Source: Candidatus Saccharimonadota bacterium (GTDB lineage: Bacteria; Patescibacteriota; Saccharimonadia; Saccharimonadales; Saccharimonadaceae). From it: 64,000 nt of DNA. The stretch covers positions 57,204 to 121,203 of the forward strand of contig JAQGHF010000004.1 of NCBI GenBank assembly GCA_028288995.1, read 5' to 3'. The notes under the pieces were generated by a model that saw only the letters and a program-made list of their open reading frames with translations, was not told the origin of the DNA and made no database searches. Below are positions 48,354 through 58,364 of this stretch, one piece after another (positions within the stretch are counted from its first letter, which is position 1; each line of letters begins with the position of its first letter). The position numbers and the translations under genes were made by a program.

Positions 48354-48746
48354 TTAAGCGGGAGAACCTTCACCCCTTTCAAGGGCATGAATCCGTTCAT
48401 GATCAAGACCATAGTAATGGGCAATTTCGTGCCACAATGTACGTTTGACCTGCGCGTATAATTGCTGGGAATCTGTAGCAATCATCATCATTGAGTGTTT
48501 AAACAACGTGATTTTATCAGGCAAGACGAAGGTGTAATTGCCGCCACGTTTCGTCAATGGAATACCTTCGTATAGTCCAAGTAGGATATTCCCCTCACGC
48601 AGCCCAGATTTCTTAATCTGATATTCGTCGGGGTCATCGGCATATAAAATCGCAACGTTGTTTAAGCCCTTAATGTATTCTTGGGGCAGTTCGTCCATAG
48701 CCTGGCTAATCAGGCGATCAAATTCTTCGTCAGTAAGTTCCATCAA
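48354..48746 (-). CDS. Minimal zincin-like metallopeptidase
   Basis: LLGLYEGIP, PDKITLF, WHEIAHYYG (HExxH). Confidence 0.88.
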   Translation of the reverse strand: MMELTDEEFDRLISQAMDELPQEYIKGLNNVAILYADDPDEYQIKKSGLREGNILLGLYEGIPLTKRGGNYTFVLPDKITLFKHSMMMIATDSQQLYAQVKRTLWHEIAHYYGLDHERIHALERGEGSPA

Positions 48747-48762
48747 TATACTTAGTATAGTT

Positions 48763-48987
48763 CTATTGATCCGAAAACGTAAGCTTTTCAGAATCCTTTT
48801 TTAAGTCGTTCATCACCATGTCCCACTCTTCATCAAGCACAGATTCATCAATATCTGCTTCCAGATCAATGGTTTCATCATGTTCGTATTCGTCTAACGG
48901 GCTAACGCTATCATCGTCAGTTGGCTCAACGGGTTGTAGTTGGAGGAATTGTAAAATAGACATATGTTTGTATTTATTTAATAACAT
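48763..48987 (-). CDS. Small acidic hypothetical protein
   Basis: 74-aa Asp/Glu-rich ORF filling the gap. Confidence 0.5.
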   Translation of the reverse strand: MLLNKYKHMSILQFLQLQPVEPTDDDSVSPLDEYEHDETIDLEADIDESVLDEEWDMVMNDLKKDSEKLTFSDQ

Positions 48988-49035
48988 GTCTATTTAAGCA
49001 TAAATAGTATTAAAAGTCAACAACTCCCCCGTTGA

Positions 49036-49752
49036 CTACAGGTTCGCGCCAACAAGATGACCAATGAGGTATGTGACCGCCATCGCGACACCGCCACCGA
49101 TAAAGACACGGAGCGCCGCAACAACCCTGTTGCCGCCACCGATAAATGCACCAATCATGCCAGAAATCGCCAGTGCAACTAACGACACAACGACGATCAG
49201 CGTTGCACCGTCTCCGCTCAAATTTGTATTGGCAAAGATTGCTGCCAAGATTGGGACGAGTGATCCGAGAGCAAATGCCAAGGCGGACGTTACCGCTGCC
49301 TGGAATGGATTTACTTTCATATGCGTCGTGATACCTAGCTCATCGCGAGCATGTGCATCGACAGCGTCGTTATTTTGTAGCTGGATGGCTACTTCTCTTG
49401 CAAGTTGTGGTTCAAGACCACGTGACTCATATATATCAGCAAGTTCAGCCAGTTCACCTTCAGGGTTATCTTTCAGTGCTCGCTTTTCAATTTCGATGTC
49501 CGCACGCTGGGCATCTTTTTGCGATGCTACCGACACGTACTCACCTGCTGCCATCGAGAATGCACCAGCAACCAGCGATGCGATACCGGTCGTTAGGATG
49601 ATCTTGTAATCGGCATTTGCAGCCGTCAGTCCCAACATAATACTAGACGTCGAAACGATACCATCATCAACCCCAAGCACCGCAGCGCGCAGCCAGTTTG
49701 ATCGATCCGAACGGTGGATTTCGGTTGGGTGTGGACTCGTTTTTTCTACCAT
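49036..49752 (-). CDS. VIT1/CCC1 family Fe/Mn transporter
   Basis: WLRAAVLGVDDGIVS, SMAAGEYVSV, HARDELG. Confidence 0.93.
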   Translation of the reverse strand: MVEKTSPHPTEIHRSDRSNWLRAAVLGVDDGIVSTSSIMLGLTAANADYKIILTTGIASLVAGAFSMAAGEYVSVASQKDAQRADIEIEKRALKDNPEGELAELADIYESRGLEPQLAREVAIQLQNNDAVDAHARDELGITTHMKVNPFQAAVTSALAFALGSLVPILAAIFANTNLSGDGATLIVVVSLVALAISGMIGAFIGGGNRVVAALRVFIGGGVAMAVTYLIGHLVGANL

Positions 49753-49770
49753 AATCTTATGATACTACGG

Positions 49771-52700
49771 TTAGTTCTTTTGAAGGCTTAGTTGAAGCGT
49801 TTTGCCTTCAATTGTCAGCGTTTCAGCGTGCGCATATTCGCCGGTTGAGATTGCCCCCGCTAATGTTTCAGCCGCAATTGCTGATCCAAATTCTGTAATC
49901 GCTTGCGCCAGTTCTTCATCTTCAGTCGTGAGGCTGAGGTCAATATGATCGTCAACGTTCAAGCCCGCATTTTTACGAGCTGCCTGTGCGTAGCGAATGA
50001 TTTCACGAGCGTAGCCTTCGCGTTTTAATTCTGGCGTTATTTCAAGGTCGAGCGCTAACTCGTTACCCTGAATAACTTTTTTGACATTCAATTCTTCAAT
50101 CAGGACATCTTCGAAGTTTACGAACTCACCAAGTGTCGGCACCGTAATGCTCGCAAGCGGTTGGCGAATCTTCATCTTTGATGACGCACGAATGCTAAGT
50201 GCCTGATTGACGTACTCGCGAACGGTTTCCATGTCTTTGACGACTAACTCGTTGATGTGACCAACCTCTGGCCAATTTGTGAGGTGAACACTTTCTTCAC
50301 CGGTGAGATTACGGTACAGTTCTTCAGACAAGAATGGCACAAATGGAGCCAAAGCCTGGCTAAGACGAACTAGTACGTAGTGGAGCGTTTGGTAGGCATT
50401 ATTCTTGTCGGTATCGTCCTCCGATTTCCAGAAACGGCGACGTGAACGGCGAACAAACCAGTTACTCGCATCGTCGATGAATGGCAAGATCGGCTTCACG
50501 GCATTTGGAATATCGTAGCCGTCCATGTTCTTTTCAATCTCTTCGATAAGTTGGTGCAACCGACTGACGACCCATTGGTCGAGTGGGTTTGTGAGGTTTT
50601 CTGACGGGTCTTCGAGCTTGCCGTCTTGACTTGGAATGAACTCCCAGCCATCAACTTCAGCATACAGCGTAAAGAAATCGTACATGTTCCATACCATGCT
50701 GAGTTTTCGCGCGACGTCCCCCACTTCCCTGTCTTTCAGGGCAAAATCTTCACCGGAAAGCAGTGGGCTTGAAAGCAGTGTAAAGCGAAGGCTATCAGCA
50801 CTATACTGATCCATCAATAGGTTCGGATCGGTAAAGTTGCCCTTGCTCTTACTCATCTTGAGACCGTCGTTACCTGCGACATTTCCAGTAACAATCACGT
50901 TCTTAAATGCGTTGTGACCAAATAAACCGACGTTCACAGCGTGCACATAATAGAACCAAGCACGAACTTGACCAACGTACTCAACGATAAAGTCACCCGG
51001 GAAATTAGCTTCAAATTTTTCAACGTTTTCAAAAGGATAATGGAACTGCGCGAATGGCATTGAGCCAGACTCAAACCACCCATCGAGGACTTTGTCGATA
51101 CGTGTGTAGTGCACACCATCGAGGTCAAATTCGACGTCATCAACCCATGGGCGGTGATAATCTTCAAGTTCGACGCCCGAGAGTTCTTTTAGTTCAGCGT
51201 AGCTTCCGACCACTTTGACGAGTTCGTTGCCGTCTTTGTCAGTTCCCTTCCAGACTGGCATTGCCGTTGCCCAGAATCGGTCACGTGATAAGTTCCAGTC
51301 GGGTGCAGTTTCAATTGTTTTTTCAAAACGACCGTGTTTGATATGCGGTGGGAACCAATTAATGTGTTCAGCGTTCTCGTCGAGCATCTGCTGGCGCTGG
51401 TTATCAATATTAAAGAACCAACTTGGGTGCGCGCGGTACATCAAACGATGCCCAGTACGTGGATTGTGTGGATATTCGTGACGAATATAATCAATTTTCC
51501 ACACAACGCCGCGTTCTAATAAGGTCTTGGCGATAGTTTTGTTAATCGCCCACACTTCCTCACCAATCCAGTCACCTTCGGTGTACACACCGTATTCATC
51601 AAGCACATGAACGATTGGAATGTTGTTTTCTTTTGCGAAGATAAAGTCCTCTTCACCGTAAGCGGGTGCAAGGTGCACGATACCGGTACCAGATTCGGTC
51701 GTCACGTAATCGGCTGACCAGACTTTGTGGGCGTTTTCACCGCGATCTGCGAAGAGTGGCTCGTATTCGAGACCAACAAGCTCATCGCCCTTGAGGCTAC
51801 GCACAATTTCATATTCTAGTGGCTGATGTTTTTCGTCGGTAAATACTTTTGCAGCAAGATCTTTGGCGACAATCAATTGTTCATCACCAATCTTCACTTC
51901 GACATATTCCACTTCACTATTTACTGCGAGTGCTACGTTAGCGGGAAGCGTCCATGGCGTTGTTGTCCACGCAAGCAAAGAGCTACCAGAAAGGCTATCG
52001 TCAACGATGACACCCTCGGCTAATTGCTTTACTCGACTCTCAATTTGCGCACGTGCATCACGATTTTTCTCCCAGCTTTCACCGCGAGGATCGAGAACAT
52101 TCCACCATACGACGTTGTCAGCATTCAGCCAATCAGGAGTTTGCTCTTTTTCGGCAATATTTACGACAAGATCGTACTGCTGCAGCATGTCTTCAGTAAG
52201 TTTTTGACGTTTGTGACCTGTTACATCAACCCCTACCTCTTCCATAGTTGCCGTCGTTTTAATACTGCCTGGCTTCAATTCACCCAGTATGTCTTCGAGC
52301 GCAACGAGTGTCGTTGCCTCTTCCCAGTGCGCGTCAGGATTGACGCCCGCAGACTCGGCACTGGCTGTTTCTGTGAAATGATTGTAGAAACCCTGAGCAA
52401 AGTGCGAACGACCAGCATTTGAGTAACAGACGAAAAGCACTTTCGCCTCTTTCGACAAATTTGCGGGTTTAGAGTGGTTCTTTAACTTGAATTTCACATA
52501 CACGCTCGGATCCGTGACATTCACATACGCCCCAGCATCCATCGTCACTTCAGCTTTTGAAAGTGGTGTTGCCCACTGCGTGTCATACATAAGGACGCGT
52601 TCACCTTCGTAGATTTTGCCTTTTTCGTAGAGTTCTTTGAATGCCCACCAGACTGACTCCATATAGTCTTTGTCCATCGTGCGGTACGCGCCTTTAAAGT

Positions 52701-53130
52701 CGACCCAGCGACCAATGCGGTCGATTGTATCTTCCCAAAGCGCAGCGTTTGAGACCATACTTTCACGGGCAGTCGTAATGTAATCAGCAAGGCTAATCTT
52801 CTCACCCACGTCGTGACGACTGGTAATACCGAGTTTTTTCTCGATAAAGTTTTCAGCTGGTAGTCCGTGTGTATCCCAACCCCAGACACGCTCGACATGC
52901 TTCCCCTTCATCGTTTGGTAACGCGGCACGGCATCTTTCACAATCGAACTAAGGAGTGTTCCATGGTGCGGCACGCCGGTAATAAACGGAGGACCATCGT
53001 AAAAGACATACGAATTATCTATCGGTCGTTGATCGACTGATTTTTCGAAAGTTTTGTTATCTTTCCAGTAACGAATAATGTCTTTTTCGTATTCGAGTGC
53101 GCGGCGGCGTGTGCCTGATTTGAATTTCAC
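49771..53130 (-). CDS. ileS: Isoleucine--tRNA ligase type 2 with an inserted LMW-PTP/ArsC-like domain
   Basis: FYDGPPF, GWDTHGLP, WTTTPWTLPAN, WNLSRDRFW, GQVRAWFY, KMSKS; GTG start with SD AAGGAG. Confidence 0.96.
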   Translation of the reverse strand: MKFKSGTRRRALEYEKDIIRYWKDNKTFEKSVDQRPIDNSYVFYDGPPFITGVPHHGTLLSSIVKDAVPRYQTMKGKHVERVWGWDTHGLPAENFIEKKLGITSRHDVGEKISLADYITTARESMVSNAALWEDTIDRIGRWVDFKGAYRTMDKDYMESVWWAFKELYEKGKIYEGERVLMYDTQWATPLSKAEVTMDAGAYVNVTDPSVYVKFKLKNHSKPANLSKEAKVLFVCYSNAGRSHFAQGFYNHFTETASAESAGVNPDAHWEEATTLVALEDILGELKPGSIKTTATMEEVGVDVTGHKRQKLTEDMLQQYDLVVNIAEKEQTPDWLNADNVVWWNVLDPRGESWEKNRDARAQIESRVKQLAEGVIVDDSLSGSSLLAWTTTPWTLPANVALAVNSEVEYVEVKIGDEQLIVAKDLAAKVFTDEKHQPLEYEIVRSLKGDELVGLEYEPLFADRGENAHKVWSADYVTTESGTGIVHLAPAYGEEDFIFAKENNIPIVHVLDEYGVYTEGDWIGEEVWAINKTIAKTLLERGVVWKIDYIRHEYPHNPRTGHRLMYRAHPSWFFNIDNQRQQMLDENAEHINWFPPHIKHGRFEKTIETAPDWNLSRDRFWATAMPVWKGTDKDGNELVKVVGSYAELKELSGVELEDYHRPWVDDVEFDLDGVHYTRIDKVLDGWFESGSMPFAQFHYPFENVEKFEANFPGDFIVEYVGQVRAWFYYVHAVNVGLFGHNAFKNVIVTGNVAGNDGLKMSKSKGNFTDPNLLMDQYSADSLRFTLLSSPLLSGEDFALKDREVGDVARKLSMVWNMYDFFTLYAEVDGWEFIPSQDGKLEDPSENLTNPLDQWVVSRLHQLIEEIEKNMDGYDIPNAVKPILPFIDDASNWFVRRSRRRFWKSEDDTDKNNAYQTLHYVLVRLSQALAPFVPFLSEELYRNLTGEESVHLTNWPEVGHINELVVKDMETVREYVNQALSIRASSKMKIRQPLASITVPTLGEFVNFEDVLIEELNVKKVIQGNELALDLEITPELKREGYAREIIRYAQAARKNAGLNVDDHIDLSLTTEDEELAQAITEFGSAIAAETLAGAISTGEYAHAETLTIEGKTLQLSLQKN

Positions 53131-53142
53131 GTTTACTCCTTT

Positions 53143-53343
53143 AAAAAATAAAAATCACTTCTTCTGAATGTCAGAGTCCCTGAATGAGGACGGTTCCATC
53201 TGACTTCCAAAAGAAGTGATTCTTCTTCTAGCGCTTAGTTGATCGCTGTGTCGCCGCGTTCACGTTCGGTTCTACTGTCCCCAAAATAGTATCAAGGATT
53301 TCTTCCGAAGACTCGTGGCTGATGACCACTCAATCGTCTTGCC
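53143..53343 (-). ncRNA. ileS T-box riboswitch, ultrashort-Stem-I (actinobacterial class II-like)
   Basis: Stem I 53308-53340 with AUC in the terminal loop; CUUCGGAAGAA and CAGUAGAACCGAACG blocks; antiterminator GUCAGA-UGGAACC-GUCC / GGAC-UCUGAC; TAAAAT at 53347-53352. Confidence 0.88.
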
Positions 53344-53400
53344 CCTATTTTAGCGCACCCCTACCGCTAAAGTAAAGTGAGTAAAGTCACATGAACAGTA

Positions 53401-54024
53401 CTATGCAAACAGCGCTTGACCGAACTTCAGGAAGACCAGGATAACCATCAACGCGATCCATGCCAGCACGATCATTTGGTGGAAGCCACTTTTGAGGAAA
53501 TACTGCACTTTTGTGTTCAGCGTATCCTTCAATTTGAAGGTGTTTTCTTTCAAGTTAAAGTGAAGATAACTCGCAAGCATGACGGTCATCGACGTCGTCA
53601 CAACCAAGCACCATGGACACAACACTTGGATGACGTACACACTTTGGAAGAAGAGCCAGTAAGAAAACAGGAAGCCGAGAAATAGTGCAATAATTGATGA
53701 GATCAAGAACCAACGAGGCAACTTTGTCCCTGAAAGCCCCAGCACGGCGATGGTGATAAGCACAGGAAATGCTATCAGACCGATAATCATATTCGGGAAG
53801 CCAAAGACGTGTGATTGCCAGGTTTCCATGACCTTAGAACAGTTCAGTACGATATTGATGCTGCACGAAAGCACTGCGTTTGGATCTTGTAAAACCTTAA
53901 ACTTATCAAGCGTCAACACAAATGCCGCAATCAGTGCCGCAATACCCCCAAGTAGCATGAAGCCAAATGTAACGTAACGATAACCCTTTCCGTTTGCACC
54001 TTTTTTGAATAATTTATTGAACAT
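53401..54024 (-). CDS. Vitamin K epoxide reductase (VKOR) family disulfide-formation protein
   Basis: SCSINIVLNCSKV, FGFPN, CPWC. Confidence 0.93.
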   Translation of the reverse strand: MFNKLFKKGANGKGYRYVTFGFMLLGGIAALIAAFVLTLDKFKVLQDPNAVLSCSINIVLNCSKVMETWQSHVFGFPNMIIGLIAFPVLITIAVLGLSGTKLPRWFLISSIIALFLGFLFSYWLFFQSVYVIQVLCPWCLVVTTSMTVMLASYLHFNLKENTFKLKDTLNTKVQYFLKSGFHQMIVLAWIALMVILVFLKFGQALFA

Positions 54025-54274
54025 AATAGCTTACCTCACTTATCGTTGGGAGCGGCAGTCCAGCCCACGTATTTTGCATCACTCCTTCATCAGAGATCGC
54101 AATGAGCATCGGAAGTTCCATAATGTCGTAGGTCTGTGTAAAATCGATGCCAACAGGAGATTCGGGGTCCACCGTCTCTAGGTCATGTCCGGTTTGGCGC
54201 TTAAAATCGGCAATATAATCAATCACCTGACGTGCGTAATCGGTCTGCTCTTTGTAGACCACTACCACGCGCAT
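54014..54274 (-). CDS. Small thioredoxin-like-fold protein without CxxC
   Basis: Start moved to ATG 54274 (MRVVVVYK...YDIMELP), just after the nrdR stop; the longer track ORF overlaps nrdR. Confidence 0.6.
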   Translation of the reverse strand: MRVVVVYKEQTDYARQVIDYIADFKRQTGHDLETVDPESPVGIDFTQTYDIMELPMLIAISDEGVMQNTWAGLPLPTISEVSYYVQ

Positions 54275-54278
54275 AAAC

Positions 54279-54743
54279 TTAGGCAGCCTTCTTTTGTTCG
54301 TTCGCTTGCTTTCGTTGTTCGAGGATTTTGACGAAGTCGTCAAGTGTTTTAAAGTCCTGGTAGACGCTTGCGAAACGGACATACGCAACTTCATTTCGAA
54401 GCGCGAGCTCATCAAGTACTTTGTCGCCAATTTGCTTTGAGGTAATTTCGTTTTCGCCCAGTGCGTACAGTCCATCTTCGATTTCGTCGATCATTTCTTC
54501 TACTTCAACTTCCGAGTCAAAGAATTTTCCGACCGATCGTTTTACCGCAATCGAAAGTTTGTCGCGATCAAATAATGTGCGCGAACCGTTCTTTTTAATA
54601 ACGGCGAGGTTTGGCTTTTCAATACGCTCATAGGTGGTAAACCGTTTACCATCTGGTGATTCACGACGACGACGAATAGTGACACCATCACTGACTTCGC
54701 GTGATTCGATAACCCGACTGTCACCAATGTTTAATTGTGCCAC
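54279..54743 (-). CDS. nrdR: Transcriptional repressor NrdR lacking Zn-ribbon cysteines
   Basis: RVIESR, IRRRRE, RFTTYER, ATP-cone, VAYVRFASVY. Confidence 0.93.
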   Translation of the reverse strand: MAQLNIGDSRVIESREVSDGVTIRRRRESPDGKRFTTYERIEKPNLAVIKKNGSRTLFDRDKLSIAVKRSVGKFFDSEVEVEEMIDEIEDGLYALGENEITSKQIGDKVLDELALRNEVAYVRFASVYQDFKTLDDFVKILEQRKQANEQKKAA

Positions 54744-54749
54744 GTGTGT

Positions 54750-55946
54750 TTACTCCTCTGACTTTTTATTGCGCTTCTTGCGGCGACGGAGAAATGCAGG
54801 CGTGTCAGATTCGTCTTCGTGCTCTACAGGCTGACTCCACATGTTTTCTTGGTTTTCCTCATTAAAGATTGCCGCTGCTTCTGTGTGATCAAGATTCATA
54901 TCGACATTGCCGACAACTTCTTCGGTCATACGGTCGTTCAGATGTGCAGTATCAGCTTCTTGTTGTTCTGTCTCGGTTTCCTGGAAATAGGCTGAGTCAA
55001 AACCAGTTGCAATCACGGTAATGATGAGTTCATCTTCAATTTCTGGCTTCAATGTTGCACCAAAAATGATGTTTGCGTCAGGTGATACAGCGCTGGTGAT
55101 GATTTCAGCAGCTTCCTGGATTTCAGACATGCTCATGTCGTAGCCACCGGTGACGTTGAAGAGAACACCCTTCGCGCCATCGATAGAGACTTCGATGAGT
55201 GGTGACTCAATCGCTTGCTGTGCGGCTTGGGCGGCACGGTTATCGCCACTTGCGCGACCAATACCCATAAGCGCTGAACCAGCATTGCTCATAATCGCCT
55301 TTACGTCAGCGAAGTCGAGGTTGATCAGACCGTGTTCGGTGATCAGTTCAGAAATACCCTGAACGCCTTGTCGAAGGACATCATCCGCAATTTTAAAAGT
55401 TTCGAGGAGTGGAGTTCGTCGATCAATCGTCTGTAGCAAACGGTCGTTCGGGATAGTAATTAATGTATCCACATGTCGACGAAGTTGAGAGATTGCCCAG
55501 TCAGCGTTTTGACGGCGCTTTTCACCTTCAAAACTAAATGGCTTTGTGGCAACACCAACGACGAGGATACCAAGTTCACGGGCGACTTCAGCCACAACGT
55601 AGCCAGCACCCGAACCTGTACCACCACCAGCACCGATAGTCACAAAGACCATGTCGGCACCTTGCAGTGCATCTTTAATTTCATCACGAGATTCGTTTGC
55701 AGCTGCTTCACCTACCGCAGGATCTGCACCTGCACCAAGACCACCAGTTGTACTGTGTCCTAGATGAATCTTTGTATCTGCTTTTGAATTGTGGAGTGCC
55801 TGCGCATCGGTGTTCATTGCAATAAATTGCACACCAGAAAGACCAGCGTCCTTCATGCGATTAACGGCTGAACCACCGGCACCACCAACACCAACCACTT
55901 TTATGCTGGCAAACGTCTGTATATCACTTGGCTTTACTTCAGGCAT
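54750..55946 (-). CDS. ftsZ: Cell division protein FtsZ
   Basis: [16 protein letters not shown] tubulin motif, NLDFADV, PAFLRRR tail; start moved to MPEVKP at 55946. Confidence 0.98.
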   Translation of the reverse strand: MPEVKPSDIQTFASIKVVGVGGAGGSAVNRMKDAGLSGVQFIAMNTDAQALHNSKADTKIHLGHSTTGGLGAGADPAVGEAAANESRDEIKDALQGADMVFVTIGAGGGTGSGAGYVVAEVARELGILVVGVATKPFSFEGEKRRQNADWAISQLRRHVDTLITIPNDRLLQTIDRRTPLLETFKIADDVLRQGVQGISELITEHGLINLDFADVKAIMSNAGSALMGIGRASGDNRAAQAAQQAIESPLIEVSIDGAKGVLFNVTGGYDMSMSEIQEAAEIITSAVSPDANIIFGATLKPEIEDELIITVIATGFDSAYFQETETEQQEADTAHLNDRMTEEVVGNVDMNLDHTEAAAIFNEENQENMWSQPVEHEDESDTPAFLRRRKKRNKKSEE

Positions 55947-56029
55947 GTCGTCCCTTAATCTCCTTAGGTCTTCTCTTCTTACTTTTCCTAGTATACCATC
56001 TTGGCGCATGGAATAAAGGGTTGCGCAAA

Positions 56030-57265
56030 CTACGCTTTAAATCGAGCAAATAATTTAGTCAGGATGCCTTGGACATCCTTAACCGCATGACCAGATTTCT
56101 TACTCTGACCACGGTTATTTACTACGATACGTTCTGCATCAAAAAGCATCAGTCCAATTGCAGTGGCAAATGAAGGTTTTTCAATATCATCAGCAACACC
56201 ACCGTAACCAGTTGGCTTACCAACACGTGCAGCGAGTCCGAGGAAATTCTTCGCGTACTCAGCAATATGCTTGAGTTGTGCGCCGCCACCAGTCAGAACA
56301 ACACCACTTGGAAGCTTGCCTGCGCGACCAGCTTTCTTCAGTTGATGCTGAATTGCTTCAAAAATTTCTTCTAGGCGAGCTTCGACGATTTCGTCGATAT
56401 CACTCGTTTTAAATGTCAGCACTTCCCCATCGTGTTTCAAGCTGATGCCGGCTTCTTCTTTACGAACCACTGCAGAGGCGTGCTCAAGTTTAATCTTCTC
56501 GGCAACTTCAGGATCAGTCTTCAGACCGATCGCAAGGTCGTTGGTGATGTTTGTGCCACCAATAGGAATAACGCCCGTGTACTGGAGATCACCTTCTTCG
56601 TAGACAGCGATACTGGTCGTTGCACCGCCCATATCTATGACAGCAACACCGTTTTCAAGTTGTTGTTCACCAAGCACCGCACGTGCCGCCGCAATAGCCG
56701 AGGCAACGACTGAATTTGGATGTACTTTGGCAGTTTCAGCTGCTTTCTGCACGTTCACGAGATATGGAGTCAGCCCTGAGATAACATGTGCATCAATTTC
56801 AAGGCGCGTGCCCGTCATGCCGAGTGGATCTTTGATGTTATCTTGACCATCAAGTTTATAAGCATGTGGAATGACGTCAAGGATTTCGCGGTTCGCAGGG
56901 ATTTTGCCAAGTGTGGCAACTTCTTCAATGCGAGCTAAGTCGTCGCGAGTAATTTCGTGATCAGCAGCCCCAACGGCAACCATGCCATCAGCGTGTGTAC
57001 TCAGAATGTGTGCACCGTTGACGCTAATCGTCGCAGCGTCGACTTGGTAGCCGCTCATTCGTTCAGCTTCACCAAGCGCATCATCAATCGCTTGCGCTGG
57101 ACCGTTTAAGTTAACGACAACGCCTTTGCGCATGCCGGTATTTGGAACTTGACCGACGCCAACAATAGTTGGAACCCCTGTTGAACCATCGATGTGTGCC
57201 ACTACGGTTCTGACAGTTGTTGTTCCAACGTCAATTCCGACGGCGTAGGTAGAACCTTCTTGCAT
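56030..57265 (-). CDS. ftsA: Cell division protein FtsA
   Basis: [24 protein letters not shown]-terminal amphipathic helix; start moved to MQEGS at 57265. Confidence 0.95.
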   Translation of the reverse strand: MQEGSTYAVGIDVGTTTVRTVVAHIDGSTGVPTIVGVGQVPNTGMRKGVVVNLNGPAQAIDDALGEAERMSGYQVDAATISVNGAHILSTHADGMVAVGAADHEITRDDLARIEEVATLGKIPANREILDVIPHAYKLDGQDNIKDPLGMTGTRLEIDAHVISGLTPYLVNVQKAAETAKVHPNSVVASAIAAARAVLGEQQLENGVAVIDMGGATTSIAVYEEGDLQYTGVIPIGGTNITNDLAIGLKTDPEVAEKIKLEHASAVVRKEEAGISLKHDGEVLTFKTSDIDEIVEARLEEIFEAIQHQLKKAGRAGKLPSGVVLTGGGAQLKHIAEYAKNFLGLAARVGKPTGYGGVADDIEKPSFATAIGLMLFDAERIVVNNRGQSKKSGHAVKDVQGILTKLFARFKA

Positions 57266-57342
57266 GAAGCTTAGTATAGCGCTTACGTCTGTTGTTGCAA
57301 AGTCATAAAACTTGGAAATAGCCAATAAATGTTGAGTAGCGC

Positions 57343-57462
57343 CAACAATCCGCCACTTACTTCCCTTCGGAGGTCGCTCTATGGGGAACTAAAGTTCGCC
57401 CATGGCGCTTGGCTCGCCCTTTCGGGGACATCCTCCTTAGTTAAGTAAGTGGCGGATTGTTG
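57343..57462. repeat. Palindromic structured element, copy 1
   Basis: Perfect 20-bp arms (57343-57362 / 57443-57462) enclosing a 72-nt core (57366-57437). Confidence 0.9.
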
Positions 57463-57470
57463 AGATGCGC

Positions 57471-57986
57471 TCAAATTAATTTTTTTGCCGCAATGAGTAA
57501 CGTTAGATCTCTTTTAACGATTGATGTTCCTGAGTAATCATCAGTTTTACTGTTCTCAAGCAGTACAATCGCTTCATCAATATTTTTCGCCCATCGTATT
57601 TCAAAGCCGTTCGCTAATTCCTCATCAGTAAAATTAGGTTCAGCTTTTTCACCAATTTGTTTTGCTAAATAACAATACGATGTTTGTTTTAGTTGCTTTT
57701 CACCTAAATACTGAACAATTTCACCAACTTCACCAATAACTTGAGCTTTACATCCGATTTCCTCAAGCAGCTCACGAGCTAGCGCTTGCTTCACGTCCTC
57801 ACCATCTTCGATGCCACCGCCAGGTAACTTGTAATAATTGTGATTCCCTACTTTTAGTAACGCAACTTGATTCAAGTCGTCCAATACGATTGCTCGGGCA
57901 GCGGTACGTGTTCGAAAACCATTTGGGTCAACATCAATGACTCCTTCGTAAAGGTCAGAGTCACGAATTGTAGGTAATATGTTCAT
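57471..57986 (-). CDS. NUDIX hydrolase
   Basis: Nudix box GGGIEDGEDVKQALARELLEEIG. Confidence 0.93.
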   Translation of the reverse strand: MNILPTIRDSDLYEGVIDVDPNGFRTRTAARAIVLDDLNQVALLKVGNHNYYKLPGGGIEDGEDVKQALARELLEEIGCKAQVIGEVGEIVQYLGEKQLKQTSYCYLAKQIGEKAEPNFTDEELANGFEIRWAKNIDEAIVLLENSKTDDYSGTSIVKRDLTLLIAAKKLI

Positions 57987-58328
57987 TTAGCGACCAACAA
58001 ACACACTGACAGCAGTTACTACGATAAATAGAGCAAGGACAACGGCTACTGCGGCGAGAAAAACCTTACTCGGTTTTTTAAAATATTTTCGTTCTGTGAT
58101 TGGGATTATCTTAACGGGAGCAACATTCGTTGCTTCAGGCATTAAGTGATCTTTGATTTCCTCAAGATCCTGCTGAAGCTTAAACGTTGCTGTTTGCACC
58201 TGCCAGGCACGAAGAATAAAGACGATCAGCAACACAAAAAGGATCAGTCCGATGAGTACAGCTAACGCTGCCATACCTTCGAGCGTTAGAAAGAAGCGAT
58301 TTAAATTATCAGGATAAGATTGATTCAT
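57987..58328 (-). CDS. Hypothetical two-TM membrane protein
   Basis: Two hydrophobic helices; ATG 58328 has TATACT 6 nt upstream. Confidence 0.65.
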   Translation of the reverse strand: MNQSYPDNLNRFFLTLEGMAALAVLIGLILFVLLIVFILRAWQVQTATFKLQQDLEEIKDHLMPEATNVAPVKIIPITERKYFKKPSKVFLAAVAVVLALFIVVTAVSVFVGR

Positions 58329-58364
58329 ACTTGAAGTATAGCATCGAAATTCGCACAACTTTGC

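Noticed and set aside
54275-54475. N-terminal extension of the 153-aa track ORF 54014-54475
   Set aside because: Overlaps nrdR out of frame; ATG 54274 fits operon spacing.
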